Below are positions 28,725 through 38,825 of a stretch of DNA of 64,000 nt, piece after piece. Under the pieces are notes generated by a model that saw only the letters and a program-made list of their open reading frames with translations, was not told where the DNA came from and did no database searches. The stretch's first letter is position 1, and each line of letters opens with the position of its first letter. The DNA is from Acinetobacter sp. GTDB lineage: Bacteria; Pseudomonadota; Gammaproteobacteria; Pseudomonadales; Moraxellaceae. The stretch lies in the NCBI RefSeq assembly GCF_036659555.1, contig NZ_JAVXCI010000002.1:715-64714 (forward strand), written 5' to 3'. The translations under genes were made by a program, and so were the position numbers.

Positions 28725-29042
28725 ATGCGGATTTTTTTGATTTTCGTGCAGTATGCATGCGTGGCCTTCGCCTTATTCCTGTGCTATCAGATCGGCATGG
28801 CGCTGTCTTCTCCCCATTATGACTTGATGGAAGTGCTGGCGGATGCCGGAACGCTGTTAATCTGCATCGACTTAGCCGCGTTTTTATTCAGCAGCAAAGC
28901 CCCGCAGGGCGCGAGTCTGGAAGAATATGCCAGACAGCTGGAACAGCCGCCGTCCAAGCTGATTTATGTCACACGCAAGCTGGGGCATTTGGGCATTATG
29001 CTGATTTTAGTCAGCTGGATTGTGCCGCTGCTGCATGCTTAA
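28725..29042 (+). CDS. Hypothetical membrane protein
   Basis: 105-aa ORF with three hydrophobic segments, ending at a bidirectional terminator. Confidence 0.6.
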   Translation: MRIFLIFVQYACVAFALFLCYQIGMALSSPHYDLMEVLADAGTLLICIDLAAFLFSSKAPQGASLEEYARQLEQPPSKLIYVTRKLGHLGIMLILVSWIVPLLHA

Positions 29043-29059
29043 TGCTTCCTTAGCGCAAT

Positions 29060-29087
29060 AAAAAAACCTCCCAATCGGGAGGTTTTT
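29060..29087. terminator. Bidirectional intrinsic terminator
   Basis: aaaaaaacctccc-aatc-gggaggttttt between convergent genes. Confidence 0.85.
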
Positions 29088-29104
29088 CTTTTAGAGGCTA
29101 AAGA

Positions 29105-31489
29105 TTACTTTGAACCTTTAATCCCTGCCTGAAGCAATAATGCGCCTAAACCGCCGATTTTATTTTCCTGCGGTTTAGCTGCCTGCGGCTTATGGCCATG
29201 GCGCGGCGCTTTGTCCTTATGCTCATGATTTTTATCATGGCTTGGACGGCCTTGCGGACGCTTGCCCTGCGGCTTGCGCTCACCGCGCTGTTCCTGATTT
29301 TGACCCTGTTCACGGCGCGGCTGGCGCGGCGCTTTCGGCGCTTCTGAACCCTCAGGGCGCATCGACAGGTTCACGCGGCTGCGCTCAGCATCTACAGTTA
29401 GTACACGTACTTGTACGATTTGACCCGGCTTCACCACTTTATGCGGATCTGCCACAAACTCATTCGCCAGCTCAGAAATATGCACCAAGCCGTCCTGATG
29501 CACGCCGACATCGACAAATGCGCCAAAATTGGTCACGTTGGTGATTACGCCTTCCAGCTGCAGGCCTTCAGTCAGCTGCGATACCTGCGTAATGTCGTCA
29601 CGGAACTTCGCCGTGCGGAACTCAGGACGCGGATCACGGCCCGGCTTTTCCAGTTCTGACAAAACGTCCTGAATAGTCGGCAGGCCAAACTGCTCATCAG
29701 CAAAGGCTGAAGCGTCAACTTGGCGGATGATTTCACTGTTGCCGATGATGTCTTTTACCGCCGCCGCTTTGGCTTCGGCGATTTTTCCTACTAAGGCATA
29801 AGATTCTGGGTGAACCGCAGAGGCATCCAAAGGCTCAGAACCGTCCTGAATGCGCAGGAAGCCGGCAGCCTGTTCAAAGGTGCGCTCGCCCAGGCGCGGC
29901 ACATTTTTCAGCGCCTGACGGTTGTCGAAACGGCCGTTTTCCTTGCGGTATTCGACAATCTGCTGCGCAATGGCTTTGTTTAGGCCGGCAATGTAGCCAA
30001 GAATGGCCGCTGAAGCGGTATTGACGTCTACGCCTACCGCGTTCACGCAGTCTTCCACCACGGCATCCAGCGTATTCGCCAAACCGGTCTGGTTGACATC
30101 ATGCTGATACTGGCCTACGCCAATGGATTTCGGATCAATCTTCACCAGTTCCGCCAGCGGGTCCTGCAGGCGGCGCGCAATCGACACTGCGCCGCGGATT
30201 GACACATCAAGCTCAGGCAGCTCATTCGAGGCCAGTTCAGACGCTGAATATACGGACGCGCCAGCTTCAGAAACTGAAACGCGGGTCAATTTCAGCTCAG
30301 GGTTGGCAGCCATCATTTCTGCCACAACCGCTTCGGTTTCGCGGCTGGCGGTGCCGTTGCCGATGGCGATTAAATCCACATTGAATTCGCGGCACAGGCG
30401 CGCAAGCTCTGCGATAGCGCCGGCTTTGTCATCTTTCGGCGCAAATGGATAAACCGTGCTGTGCGCCAGCACATCGCCGGATGCATTGACAACCGCCAGC
30501 TTCACGCCGGTGCGGATGCCCGGGTCTACGCCCAGCGTGCAGCGCGCGCCGGCAGGCGCAGACAGCAGCAGGTGGCGCAGGTTTTCCGCAAACACATTCA
30601 TCGCTTCCGCTTCCGCAGCCATGCGCTTTTCAGTCAGCAGCGAATGCTCAATTGCAGGGCGCACCTTGCCCAGCCAGAACAGCTTGGCAGTCTGCTTTAA
30701 GAAGTCCTGGCGGCTTTGCGGCTGAATGGCATCCAGGCTGTATTCGCTTTCAATGCGGGCCAAAGGCGCATGGTCATCGCCATCAACTTTTAAGCCCAGC
30801 ACGTTTTCCTGCCGGCCGCGCAGCATCGCCAACAGGCGGTGTGAAGGCACTTTGTTCAGGCTTTCTGAAAAATCAAAGTAATCGCGGAATTTTTTGCCGA
30901 CTTCTTTTTTCTCGTCGCTTGCGACTAAGCTTTTCAGCAGCGCGGTTTTGGCAAAGGCAGCTTTCAGCTCAGCCGTCAGGGCAATATTCTGCGCCCATTC
31001 ATCAATCAGAATGTGCTGAATGGCGTCCAGCTGGCTTTCCGTGTCCGGATAATCCGCATGGCTGAAGCCGGCCAAGGCTGCTGCCGGGTCAGCCGCTTCC
31101 GCCAGGATTTTTTCCGCGATTGGGCCTAAGCCGGCCTCTTTGGCTTTAAATGACTTGCTGGTGCGTTTCGGACGGTAAGGCGCGTAAATTTCTTCTAATG
31201 CATTTTTGGTTTCGGCGCCGTTTACCCGGGCCAGCAAATCGTCTGATAATTTGTCTTGTTCTTTCAGCGATTCAATGACTTTTCCGCGGCGTTCATATAA
31301 ATCACGTAAATACGATAAGCGCGTATCGAGCTGGCGCAACTGCGTATCGTCTAAGCCCTGGGTTACCTCTTTACGGTAACGCGCAATGAATGGAACGCTG
31401 GCACCTTCATCAATCAATTTAATGGCAGCTTCAACTTGATTTGGACGTACGGCAAGTTCTTTTGCCAACTGCTGAACTAAGTCAGTCAT
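29105..31489 (-). CDS. tex: Tex/YhgF transcriptional accessory RNA-binding protein
   Basis: VPFIARYRKEVT, DPGIRTGVK, EAGASVYSAS and DPKSIGVGQYQHD motifs plus a C-terminal S1 domain. Confidence 0.96.
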   Translation of the reverse strand: MTDLVQQLAKELAVRPNQVEAAIKLIDEGASVPFIARYRKEVTQGLDDTQLRQLDTRLSYLRDLYERRGKVIESLKEQDKLSDDLLARVNGAETKNALEEIYAPYRPKRTSKSFKAKEAGLGPIAEKILAEAADPAAALAGFSHADYPDTESQLDAIQHILIDEWAQNIALTAELKAAFAKTALLKSLVASDEKKEVGKKFRDYFDFSESLNKVPSHRLLAMLRGRQENVLGLKVDGDDHAPLARIESEYSLDAIQPQSRQDFLKQTAKLFWLGKVRPAIEHSLLTEKRMAAEAEAMNVFAENLRHLLLSAPAGARCTLGVDPGIRTGVKLAVVNASGDVLAHSTVYPFAPKDDKAGAIAELARLCREFNVDLIAIGNGTASRETEAVVAEMMAANPELKLTRVSVSEAGASVYSASELASNELPELDVSIRGAVSIARRLQDPLAELVKIDPKSIGVGQYQHDVNQTGLANTLDAVVEDCVNAVGVDVNTASAAILGYIAGLNKAIAQQIVEYRKENGRFDNRQALKNVPRLGERTFEQAAGFLRIQDGSEPLDASAVHPESYALVGKIAEAKAAAVKDIIGNSEIIRQVDASAFADEQFGLPTIQDVLSELEKPGRDPRPEFRTAKFRDDITQVSQLTEGLQLEGVITNVTNFGAFVDVGVHQDGLVHISELANEFVADPHKVVKPGQIVQVRVLTVDAERSRVNLSMRPEGSEAPKAPRQPRREQGQNQEQRGERKPQGKRPQGRPSHDKNHEHKDKAPRHGHKPQAAKPQENKIGGLGALLLQAGIKGSK

Positions 31490-31821
31490 CGTATGTGATC
31501 CCACAAGGATAAGTTCTAAAAGCCATGATTATAAAGACCAAGGCTATAAAATCCATAGCTGTTTTCATTAATTTATCCGCGGCCTTTATTGCCAATTCAC
31601 CGCAATTTCACATTTTTGCCTTAAAGTTTTAATGAAACATGAATTTAACCGCTGGAAGCGCGCAGAATATTCCGCCAATGCATGTATGCATTTGGTATCT
31701 ATGTCTTGATTTTAACTGCGATATTTGTTGCTTTAGAACATAGTAAACAGATACAAATGAATCGTATACTCAAGCGATGCCAACTTTTGTTACGAAGACA
31801 ATAAAGAATAAGGAGCACATC

Positions 31822-32586
31822 ATGAGTTTAGTCGTACCTGCTGAAAAAACTGATGCCGTACACGCCGATACCGACCGCGTTGAACGCATTCTGGTTGTCG
31901 ATGATGATGTGCGCTTGCGTACGCTGCTGCAGCGCTTTCTGGAAGATAAAGGCTTTGTAGTCAAAACCGCGCACGATGCAACGCAAATGGACCGCCTTCT
32001 GCAGCGGGAACTGTTCTCCCTGATCGTGCTGGATTTCATGCTGCCGGTGGAAGACGGCTTAAGCATCTGCCGCCGCCTGCGCCAGTCCAATATTGACACC
32101 CCGATTATCATGCTGACCGCGCGCGGCAGCGACTCTGACCGCATTGCCGGGCTTGAAGCCGGCGCAGACGACTACCTGCCGAAGCCGTTCAACCCGAATG
32201 AGCTGCTGGCGCGCATCCGCGCGGTGCTGCGCCGCCAGGTGCGCGAAGTGCCGGGCGCGCCGAGCCAGCAGATGGAAGTGGTGAGCTTTGGCCCGTGGTC
32301 GCTTGATCTGTCTACCCGCACCCTGACCCGCGAAGGCCAGGTGGTGACGTTAACCACCGGCGAATTTGCCGTGCTGAAAGCCCTGGTGCAGCATCCGCGT
32401 GAACCCTTAACCCGCGACAAGCTGATGAACCTTGCCCGCGGCCGCGAATGGGGCGCGATGGAACGCTCGATTGATGTTCAGGTGTCGCGCCTGCGCCGCC
32501 TGGTGGAAGAAAACCCGGCCCGCGCGCGCTATATTCAAACGGTTTGGGGCGTGGGCTATGTCTTTGTTCCAGACGGCGCGGAATAA
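31822..32586 (+). CDS. ompR: Response regulator OmpR
   Basis: ILVVDDD, LDFMLP.EDGLSICRRLR and RSIDVQVSRLRR...YIQTVWG.GYVFVPDG motifs. Confidence 0.95.
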   Translation: MSLVVPAEKTDAVHADTDRVERILVVDDDVRLRTLLQRFLEDKGFVVKTAHDATQMDRLLQRELFSLIVLDFMLPVEDGLSICRRLRQSNIDTPIIMLTARGSDSDRIAGLEAGADDYLPKPFNPNELLARIRAVLRRQVREVPGAPSQQMEVVSFGPWSLDLSTRTLTREGQVVTLTTGEFAVLKALVQHPREPLTRDKLMNLARGREWGAMERSIDVQVSRLRRLVEENPARARYIQTVWGVGYVFVPDGAE

Positions 32587-32872
32587 TTCGCCATAAAAGG
32601 GCTCCCAGCGCTTGCGCTGCGGAGCCCTTCCATTAAGTTGCAATGGCATGCATTAAGCTGCGGTTCGCCTTGCTTTTGCTGCCTGCGCAGGAAAGCCGCC
32701 TTGCAGCGCAATGCCCCGCTGCGCAACACCCGGCGGCATGCGGCATTTCAATAATAAAACCGCAGAAACTTTAAATATTCAACACTTCCCGCCTCAAACC
32801 GCTGCGGATGGCCTGAACTCGCGGGATACGGTTTACTGTTTAAACATTTTAACTTTGGATCCAGGATACAGC

Positions 32873-34333
32873 GTGAAACTCGACCCCATTGACCCGCAGG
32901 AATTTACCCGGTACGCGGCCTATCAGGAAAAAAAGCGCACTCATTGGGAACGCTTTTTAGACAAAGTCAAGCCGCGCTCGGCCGCCATGCGCACCACCGT
33001 GCTGGTGCTTTCCGTCGTCTTCTTCAGCCTGTTCATGTCCCTGTGGTTTTTCTGGCGCACCCTGTACCTGCCGGAAATTCAGCAGCATGCGCGCTATCTC
33101 GCGCTGGAGCTGGAGGTGCTGAACAATCCTGAGCTGCGCATGTTCCACAACAATGCCGAAGTCGATATTGAGGACTGGCTGAAAAACCGCGTCGGGGTGG
33201 AATATGTCACTGACCCGAAGGAATACCCTTCAGTCCGGGAAAAAGTCATCGCCGAGTTCTTCACCAATCAGATTGAAGCAAAGCTGTCCAAAGAGCTGAA
33301 AATCGATCAGGCCACAGTGTACTTCCAGTTCAAGCCCAGCCCGCGCATTTGGGTGCAGACGCCGGAAATGAACGGCAACTGGGTGCGTGAGCCGCTGAAA
33401 ACCTACGCCAACTACAGCCCGGAGCTGATTTTCGGCTGGCTGCTGGGCGTTCCGCTGATTTCCGCCGCCATCATTCTCACCCTGGTGCGCCAGCTGAACC
33501 GCCCGCTGAAGCGCCTGCAGGACGCCGCCAACAGCTACAGCAGGAGCGGAACCGCGCCTTATCTGGAAACCAACCACGGCCCGCAGGAAATCCGCGAAGT
33601 CAACCAGGCCTTCAACCACATGATTTACACTCTGGATCAGACCGAGCGCGACCGGCGCATCATGCTGGCGGGCATTTCGCACGACCTGCGCACGCCGCTG
33701 ACCCGCATCCGCCTCAGCGCGGAAATGATGCCTGATGATGACTTTTTAAAAGAAGGGCTGATTTACGATGTCGAGGACATGGACGCCATCCTGAATCAGT
33801 TCATTTCCTTTATGCGCGACGGTTCAGATGAAGAGCCTCAGGATACCGACATCAATATGCTGCTGCAGGAGCTGATCATTCAGTTCAAGCCGCTGGATAT
33901 CCGCTTTACGCCGCAGCAGCTGCCGGTCATTCAGGCCCGCAGCCTGTCGCTGAAGCGCCTGATCGGCAACCTCATCAACAACGCCAAGCGCTACGGCGCA
34001 GAGCCGATAGAAATTTCCGCGCAGGCCGATGATGAGCAGCTGCTGATCAGCGTGGCTGACCATGGCGAAGGCATTCCGGCGGATAAAATTGCCGACCTGA
34101 TGCAGCCTTTTGTGCGCGGCAATGACGCGCGCACCGTGCAGGGCAGCGGCCTGGGCCTGGCCATCGTCAAGCGCATTGTCGATATCCATGAAGGCCAGCT
34201 TTTTATCCATAACCGCGCGCAGGGCGGACTGGAAGCGGTCATTTCACTGCCGCTGAAAAAGCAGCAAAGCGATGAGCTTTTAAACAGTGGCCCTTTGGGG
34301 AAAATCAAGCAAAGCCTGAGCGAGCATTTTTAG
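32873..34333 (+). CDS. envZ: Sensor histidine kinase EnvZ
   Basis: Two TM helices, HAMP domain, H-box AGISHDLRTPLTRIRL, N-box NA.RYG and G-box GSGLGLAIV. Start placed at GTG after an AGGA RBS. Confidence 0.92.
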   Translation: MKLDPIDPQEFTRYAAYQEKKRTHWERFLDKVKPRSAAMRTTVLVLSVVFFSLFMSLWFFWRTLYLPEIQQHARYLALELEVLNNPELRMFHNNAEVDIEDWLKNRVGVEYVTDPKEYPSVREKVIAEFFTNQIEAKLSKELKIDQATVYFQFKPSPRIWVQTPEMNGNWVREPLKTYANYSPELIFGWLLGVPLISAAIILTLVRQLNRPLKRLQDAANSYSRSGTAPYLETNHGPQEIREVNQAFNHMIYTLDQTERDRRIMLAGISHDLRTPLTRIRLSAEMMPDDDFLKEGLIYDVEDMDAILNQFISFMRDGSDEEPQDTDINMLLQELIIQFKPLDIRFTPQQLPVIQARSLSLKRLIGNLINNAKRYGAEPIEISAQADDEQLLISVADHGEGIPADKIADLMQPFVRGNDARTVQGSGLGLAIVKRIVDIHEGQLFIHNRAQGGLEAVISLPLKKQQSDELLNSGPLGKIKQSLSEHF

Positions 34334-34540
34334 TACCTGTTCATATATTAAGCAAACAGGCTTTGATCACCCTTTAGTCAAGCCTGTTTTTTACATTAAA
34401 AAACAATAGATTAAAAATCATAAAAAATCCTTATACCCGCATTTTCTCAAAAAATTAGACCTTAGCCTAACAGGTATGCAAAATGGCTTTTTTGACCGGT
34501 ACAATCCGTATCAGTTTTAAGAATTCCACGAGAGTAAAAC

Positions 34541-36058
34541 ATGTCTTTAGATCGCATTCGTTTAGCATCACTTCACGATAAAGTCATCAGCGCTGAACAG
34601 GCGGCTGCCTTTATCAAAGACGGCATGACAGTAGGCATGAGCGGCTTCACCCGCGCCGGCGAAGCGAAAGCTGTGCCTTTGGCGCTGGTTAAGCAGGCGC
34701 AGGCAAACCCATTGAAAATCACCCTGATTACGGGTGCGTCTTTAGGCAATGACCTCGACAAGCAGTTGACTGAAGCCGGCGTTCTTGCGCGCCGCCTGCC
34801 GTTCCAGGTTGACAACACCCTGCGCAAAGCCATCAACAAAGGCGAAGTGATGTTCATCGACCAGCATTTGTCTGAAACTGTTGAGCAGATGCGCAACCTG
34901 CAGCTGAAAAAACCGGATGTCGCGGTGATTGAAGCGGTGGCGATTACTGAAGACGGCGGCATCATTCCAACAACTTCTGTCGGCAACTCCGCCAGCTTTG
35001 CGATTTTCGCCAAGGAAGTGATTGTTGAAATCAACACCAATTTAAGCCCGGCGTTTGAAGGCCTGCACGATATCTACATTCCTTCATACCGCCCGACCCG
35101 CCAGCCGATTCCATTGACCAAAGTGGATGAGCGCATCGGCACAACAGCCATCAACATTGACCCAGCAAAAATCGTCGGCATCGTATTCAACAGCGAGCTG
35201 CATGACTCGCCGTCTACTGTGACTGAGCCGGATGATGAAACGCAGGGCATCGCCAACCACCTGATCGCCTTCTTTGAAAAAGAAGTGGCTGAAGGCCGCC
35301 TGCCTAAAGACCTTGGCCCGCTGCAAGCCGGCATCGGCTCTATCGCCAATGCGGTATTGACTGGCTTGAAAGATTCCAACTTTGAAGACCTGGTGATGTA
35401 CTCTGAAGTGCTGCAGGACTGCACATTTGAATTGATTGATGCCGGCAAAATGAAATTCGCTTCAGGCTCGTCAATTACCCTGTCTGCAAAATACGGCGAA
35501 AAAGTCTTCAACAACCTTGAGCAGTACAAAGACAAACTGGTGCTGCGCCCGCAGGAAATTTCCAACCATCCTGAATTGGTGCGCCGCTTAGGCATCATCG
35601 GCATCAACACCGCGCTTGAATTCGATATTTACGGCAACGTCAACTCTACGCACGTCTGCGGCACCAAAATGATGAACGGCATTGGCGGTTCAGGCGACTT
35701 TGCGCGCAATGCGCACTTGGCGATTTTCGTGACCAAGTCGATTGCAAAAGGCGGCGACATTTCATCGGTTGTGCCGTTTGCCTCGCACATTGACCATGCA
35801 GAGCATGACGTTGACATTCTGGTGACTGAACAGGGCTTGGCTGACCTGCGCGGCTTGGCGCCGCGTGAACGCGCCCGCGCTGTCATTGACCACTGTGCCC
35901 ACCCAATGTACCGCGATGCGCTGAACGACTACTTTGACCGCGCATGCGAGAAAGGCGGCCAAACGCCTCACCTGCTGCGCGAAGCGCTGTCTTGGCACAT
36001 CAACTTTGAAGAAACCGGCCACATGCTGGCGCCGCAGCTGGAAGCGAAAACCGCTTAA
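34541..36058 (+). CDS. Acetyl-CoA hydrolase / succinate CoA-transferase family
   Basis: SGFTRAGEAKAVP, LQAGIGSIANAV, SEVLQD and MMNGIGGSGDFARN motifs. Confidence 0.93.
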   Translation: MSLDRIRLASLHDKVISAEQAAAFIKDGMTVGMSGFTRAGEAKAVPLALVKQAQANPLKITLITGASLGNDLDKQLTEAGVLARRLPFQVDNTLRKAINKGEVMFIDQHLSETVEQMRNLQLKKPDVAVIEAVAITEDGGIIPTTSVGNSASFAIFAKEVIVEINTNLSPAFEGLHDIYIPSYRPTRQPIPLTKVDERIGTTAINIDPAKIVGIVFNSELHDSPSTVTEPDDETQGIANHLIAFFEKEVAEGRLPKDLGPLQAGIGSIANAVLTGLKDSNFEDLVMYSEVLQDCTFELIDAGKMKFASGSSITLSAKYGEKVFNNLEQYKDKLVLRPQEISNHPELVRRLGIIGINTALEFDIYGNVNSTHVCGTKMMNGIGGSGDFARNAHLAIFVTKSIAKGGDISSVVPFASHIDHAEHDVDILVTEQGLADLRGLAPRERARAVIDHCAHPMYRDALNDYFDRACEKGGQTPHLLREALSWHINFEETGHMLAPQLEAKTA

Positions 36059-36070
36059 GGCTGACTCAGT

Positions 36071-36098
36071 AAAAAACGCCCCGCGGGGCGTTTTTTTT
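36071..36098. terminator. Bidirectional intrinsic terminator
   Basis: aaaaaacgcccc-gc-ggggcgtttttttt. Confidence 0.85.
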
Positions 36099-36187
36099 AT
36101 TCAGATCACATTTAAATTCATTCCGTTGAATTCTGCTTAAAATACATTTAAATATAATCCGGCAGGCTGCATCCATGCTTCAGCCGA

Positions 36188-36565
36188 TCAGTAAGCGGTT
36201 ATTTCTTTGGCCAGCGCCTCCCCCATTTGCCTCAGGCCGTCCACACTCAGCGAAAACTCAAGGACGCCGATGGACACCACGCCGCGCCTGATCTCCAGCC
36301 ATATTTCCCCGCGCTCATCAGTGCGGAATGCCTGCGTCAGGGCGCTGATGCCGCCGCCGGCTTCCTGTCCGGAAATCTGGCGGATTTGATCTTGAACCTG
36401 AACGGGGGGCGCGCTGTCAGGGCTGGCAGCGGCGCTTCCGGCCTGGCCGGAAACCATGCGCAAGGCGCTGTCATCCAAATGCTCCAGCTCCCTGACCGGG
36501 TATGAAGCCATTGCGCGGCATGCGCCGCCCGCCAGAAGCAGGCAGAAAACAGTTTCTTTCACCAT
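36188..36565 (-). CDS. Short secreted protein with a FilA/DUF6160-like N-terminal motif
   Basis: Signal peptide then LEHLDDSALRMVSGQAG; AAGGAG RBS upstream. Confidence 0.6.
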   Translation of the reverse strand: MVKETVFCLLLAGGACRAMASYPVRELEHLDDSALRMVSGQAGSAAASPDSAPPVQVQDQIRQISGQEAGGGISALTQAFRTDERGEIWLEIRRGVVSIGVLEFSLSVDGLRQMGEALAKEITAY

Positions 36566-36893
36566 ATACTTCTCCTTCGCTTCAAAGCGGAGCTGCTGCT
36601 GCAGCTCCGGCCTGATTTAAATTAGCACCTTTATGATTAATTAATAATCACCGCCGGTCTTTTATTTATTAGCTCCGGTAAACAATAGCGGCTGAAATGT
36701 GTGAAATAATCGGCACTTACAACCCTAAATAACTGTTTTTAAATATAAAAAATATAATCCATAAAAGGCAAAACGCAGCTTATTGTTAAAAATTTTTCAG
36801 CTGACGCCCCAGCCTGCAGCGCCAAGGCCATTGCTGCGCAATGCCGGCTGCCGGATGCAGCCCCGGAATGAATAAAACCGGCCCTATTCAGAA

Positions 36894-37084
36894 TAATGCC
36901 AGTCAATTAAGAACTTTTTAATCCTTCCCTTACGCAGCAGTGCTGCTCACCTTTTTCAAAGGAGGGAGTATTTTTAAATTCAGGATAGTCTTGAATTCAA
37001 AAGCATTCCCCTCTTTACAAAAGAGGGGTTAGCGGAGATTTATCAATAAGTAATAATGAAATTACGCTTAATTGACTGACATTA
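36894..37084. mobile_element. 191-bp non-autonomous IS4-type MITE
   Basis: 18-bp TIRs taatgccagtcaattaag / cttaattgactgacatta (1 mismatch); flanking 11-bp direct repeats cctattcagaa (36883-36893) and cctcttcagaa (37085-37095). Confidence 0.8.
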
Positions 37085-37135
37085 CCTCTTCAGAACCGGT
37101 TTCAGTCACTCAGCATCTTCAGCTTAAACAGCCCC

Positions 37136-38467
37136 TTAGCGGGTTTCAGCTTCCGGCAGATACTGCTTATGCTGAATAAAGCTGCGGTCGCGCGGCATTA
37201 AGCAGGTGCAGAGAATCGCGACCGCCGCCATGCTTAAAATATAGGCTGAAATCAGATGCGGGCTGCCGCCGCCGATGCTGAGCAATTTTGTGGCCACCAT
37301 CGGCGCCAAGCCGCCGCCTAATACCCCGGCAAACTGCACCGAAATTGAAATGCCGCTGTAGCGGATTTCTGCAGGGAACTGGCGCGCAAACAGCTGCGCC
37401 TGCGGCGCATACATAATCGGAAACACCACGCCAATCGCCAAGACAATGGCCGTCCAGACCAGCACCGGATCTTTGGTATTGAGCATGCTGAAAAATGGAT
37501 AGCAGTACAGCGCCAGCACCAGCAGGCCGAACATGAACATATTGCGCTGGCCGACTTTATCGGACAGATGCCCGCACAGCGGCGTCATCAGCATGATTGC
37601 GCCGGCGCCGCAAATCGTGGCGAACAGGATGTCCTGGCGCGGAATGCCCAGCTGCGTGGTGGTATAAGCCAAAGCGAAGGTCGACGCCATATAGAACCAG
37701 GCATTTTCAGCAGCGCGGGCGATAATAATCGTCAGCACTTGCTTCGGATGGTTTTTAAAGACCTGCAAAGCCGGCACTTTGATTTCTTCAGCCTTCGCCT
37801 TCACTTTTTCAAAATCAGGCGATTCAGGGACTTTCACCCGGATATACCAGCCCACACCCAGCAGCAGGATGCTCGCCAGAAACGGCAGGCGCCAGCCCCA
37901 GCTGAACAGGATAGGCTCCGGCATCAAGGAAACCAGCCATAAAGCCATGGAAGCCAGCATCAGCCCGCCGCCGGCGCTGGCCTGCGGCAGGCTACCCCAG
38001 AAGCCTTTTTTGCCTTCGGGCGCATGCTCCACCGCCATCAGCACGGCGCCGCCCCATTCGCCACCCATGGCCATGCCCTGCACAAAGCGCAGGATGACCA
38101 GGAGGAAAGCCGCCCAATAGCCGATTGATTCATAAGTCGGCAGCAGGCCAATCAGCACCGTCGGCACTCCCATCAGCAGCAGGGTCAGCAGCAGCATGGA
38201 CTTGCGCCCGACTTTGTCACCGAAGTGGCCAAACACAATGCCGCCCAGAGGCCGCCCGATAAAGCCGACCGCATAGGTCGCAAAAGCCGCCAGCACGCCC
38301 GACAGCGGGTCTAAGTTAGGGAAAAACAGCTTATTGAAAATCAGCGCCGCGGCCGCGCCATAAATGAAAAAGTCATACCATTCTATCGTCGTGCCCACCA
38401 TGCTGGAGATTCCAGCCAGGCGGTGGGAGGGCTTGCGCTGCTGCGCTGTTCCTTGAACCTGCTCCAT
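37136..38467 (-). CDS. MFS metabolite:H+ symporter (MHS family)
   Basis: GTTIEWYDF, FGHFGDKVGRK, GGEWGGAVLM and WGWRLPF motifs; about 12 TM segments. Confidence 0.92.
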   Translation of the reverse strand: MEQVQGTAQQRKPSHRLAGISSMVGTTIEWYDFFIYGAAAALIFNKLFFPNLDPLSGVLAAFATYAVGFIGRPLGGIVFGHFGDKVGRKSMLLLTLLLMGVPTVLIGLLPTYESIGYWAAFLLVILRFVQGMAMGGEWGGAVLMAVEHAPEGKKGFWGSLPQASAGGGLMLASMALWLVSLMPEPILFSWGWRLPFLASILLLGVGWYIRVKVPESPDFEKVKAKAEEIKVPALQVFKNHPKQVLTIIIARAAENAWFYMASTFALAYTTTQLGIPRQDILFATICGAGAIMLMTPLCGHLSDKVGQRNMFMFGLLVLALYCYPFFSMLNTKDPVLVWTAIVLAIGVVFPIMYAPQAQLFARQFPAEIRYSGISISVQFAGVLGGGLAPMVATKLLSIGGGSPHLISAYILSMAAVAILCTCLMPRDRSFIQHKQYLPEAETR

Positions 38468-38566
38468 ATTTACCTCTCTTCCATAGGCGGCAATATTTTT
38501 ATTTAAAATCCATGCTGGACTTCTTTCACAAGTCACTTTTTAAACAATATTTAATTCACAATAGGA

Positions 38567-38684
38567 ATTCCCCCTCCTTTTAAGGAAACTTGCTCTGAAT
38601 ACTGCTCATAGTGATGATTTTATTAAAAAAATCCCCTCATCCTAACCTTCTCCCTGAGCCATATATGGCGAAAGAGAAGGAACT
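38567..38684. repeat. Degenerate REP-like palindromic elements
   Basis: ttccccctccttttaagga and aatcccctcatcctaaccttctccctg...agagaaggaact, of the same type as the hairpins inside the MITE. Confidence 0.45.
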
Positions 38685-38825
38685 TTCAATATTAATTTCA
38701 CTGCCAATTAATAATCACTTGTTGATTTATGAAAGAGCGCTGCTGTTCATTTTATTATTTTCAGAGCGCGAATTTCCTCCTGCTGATCCGAGTTCAAAGT
38801 CCGCTGCGCCTGTTCAGCTGCGGCG

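Noticed and set aside
32711-32872. Long N-terminal extension of EnvZ (also the upstream starts called for pap, ubiE, mmsA, the MFS gene and tex)
   Set aside because: Upstream in-frame starts lack an RBS and give non-homologous sequence; downstream starts fit better.
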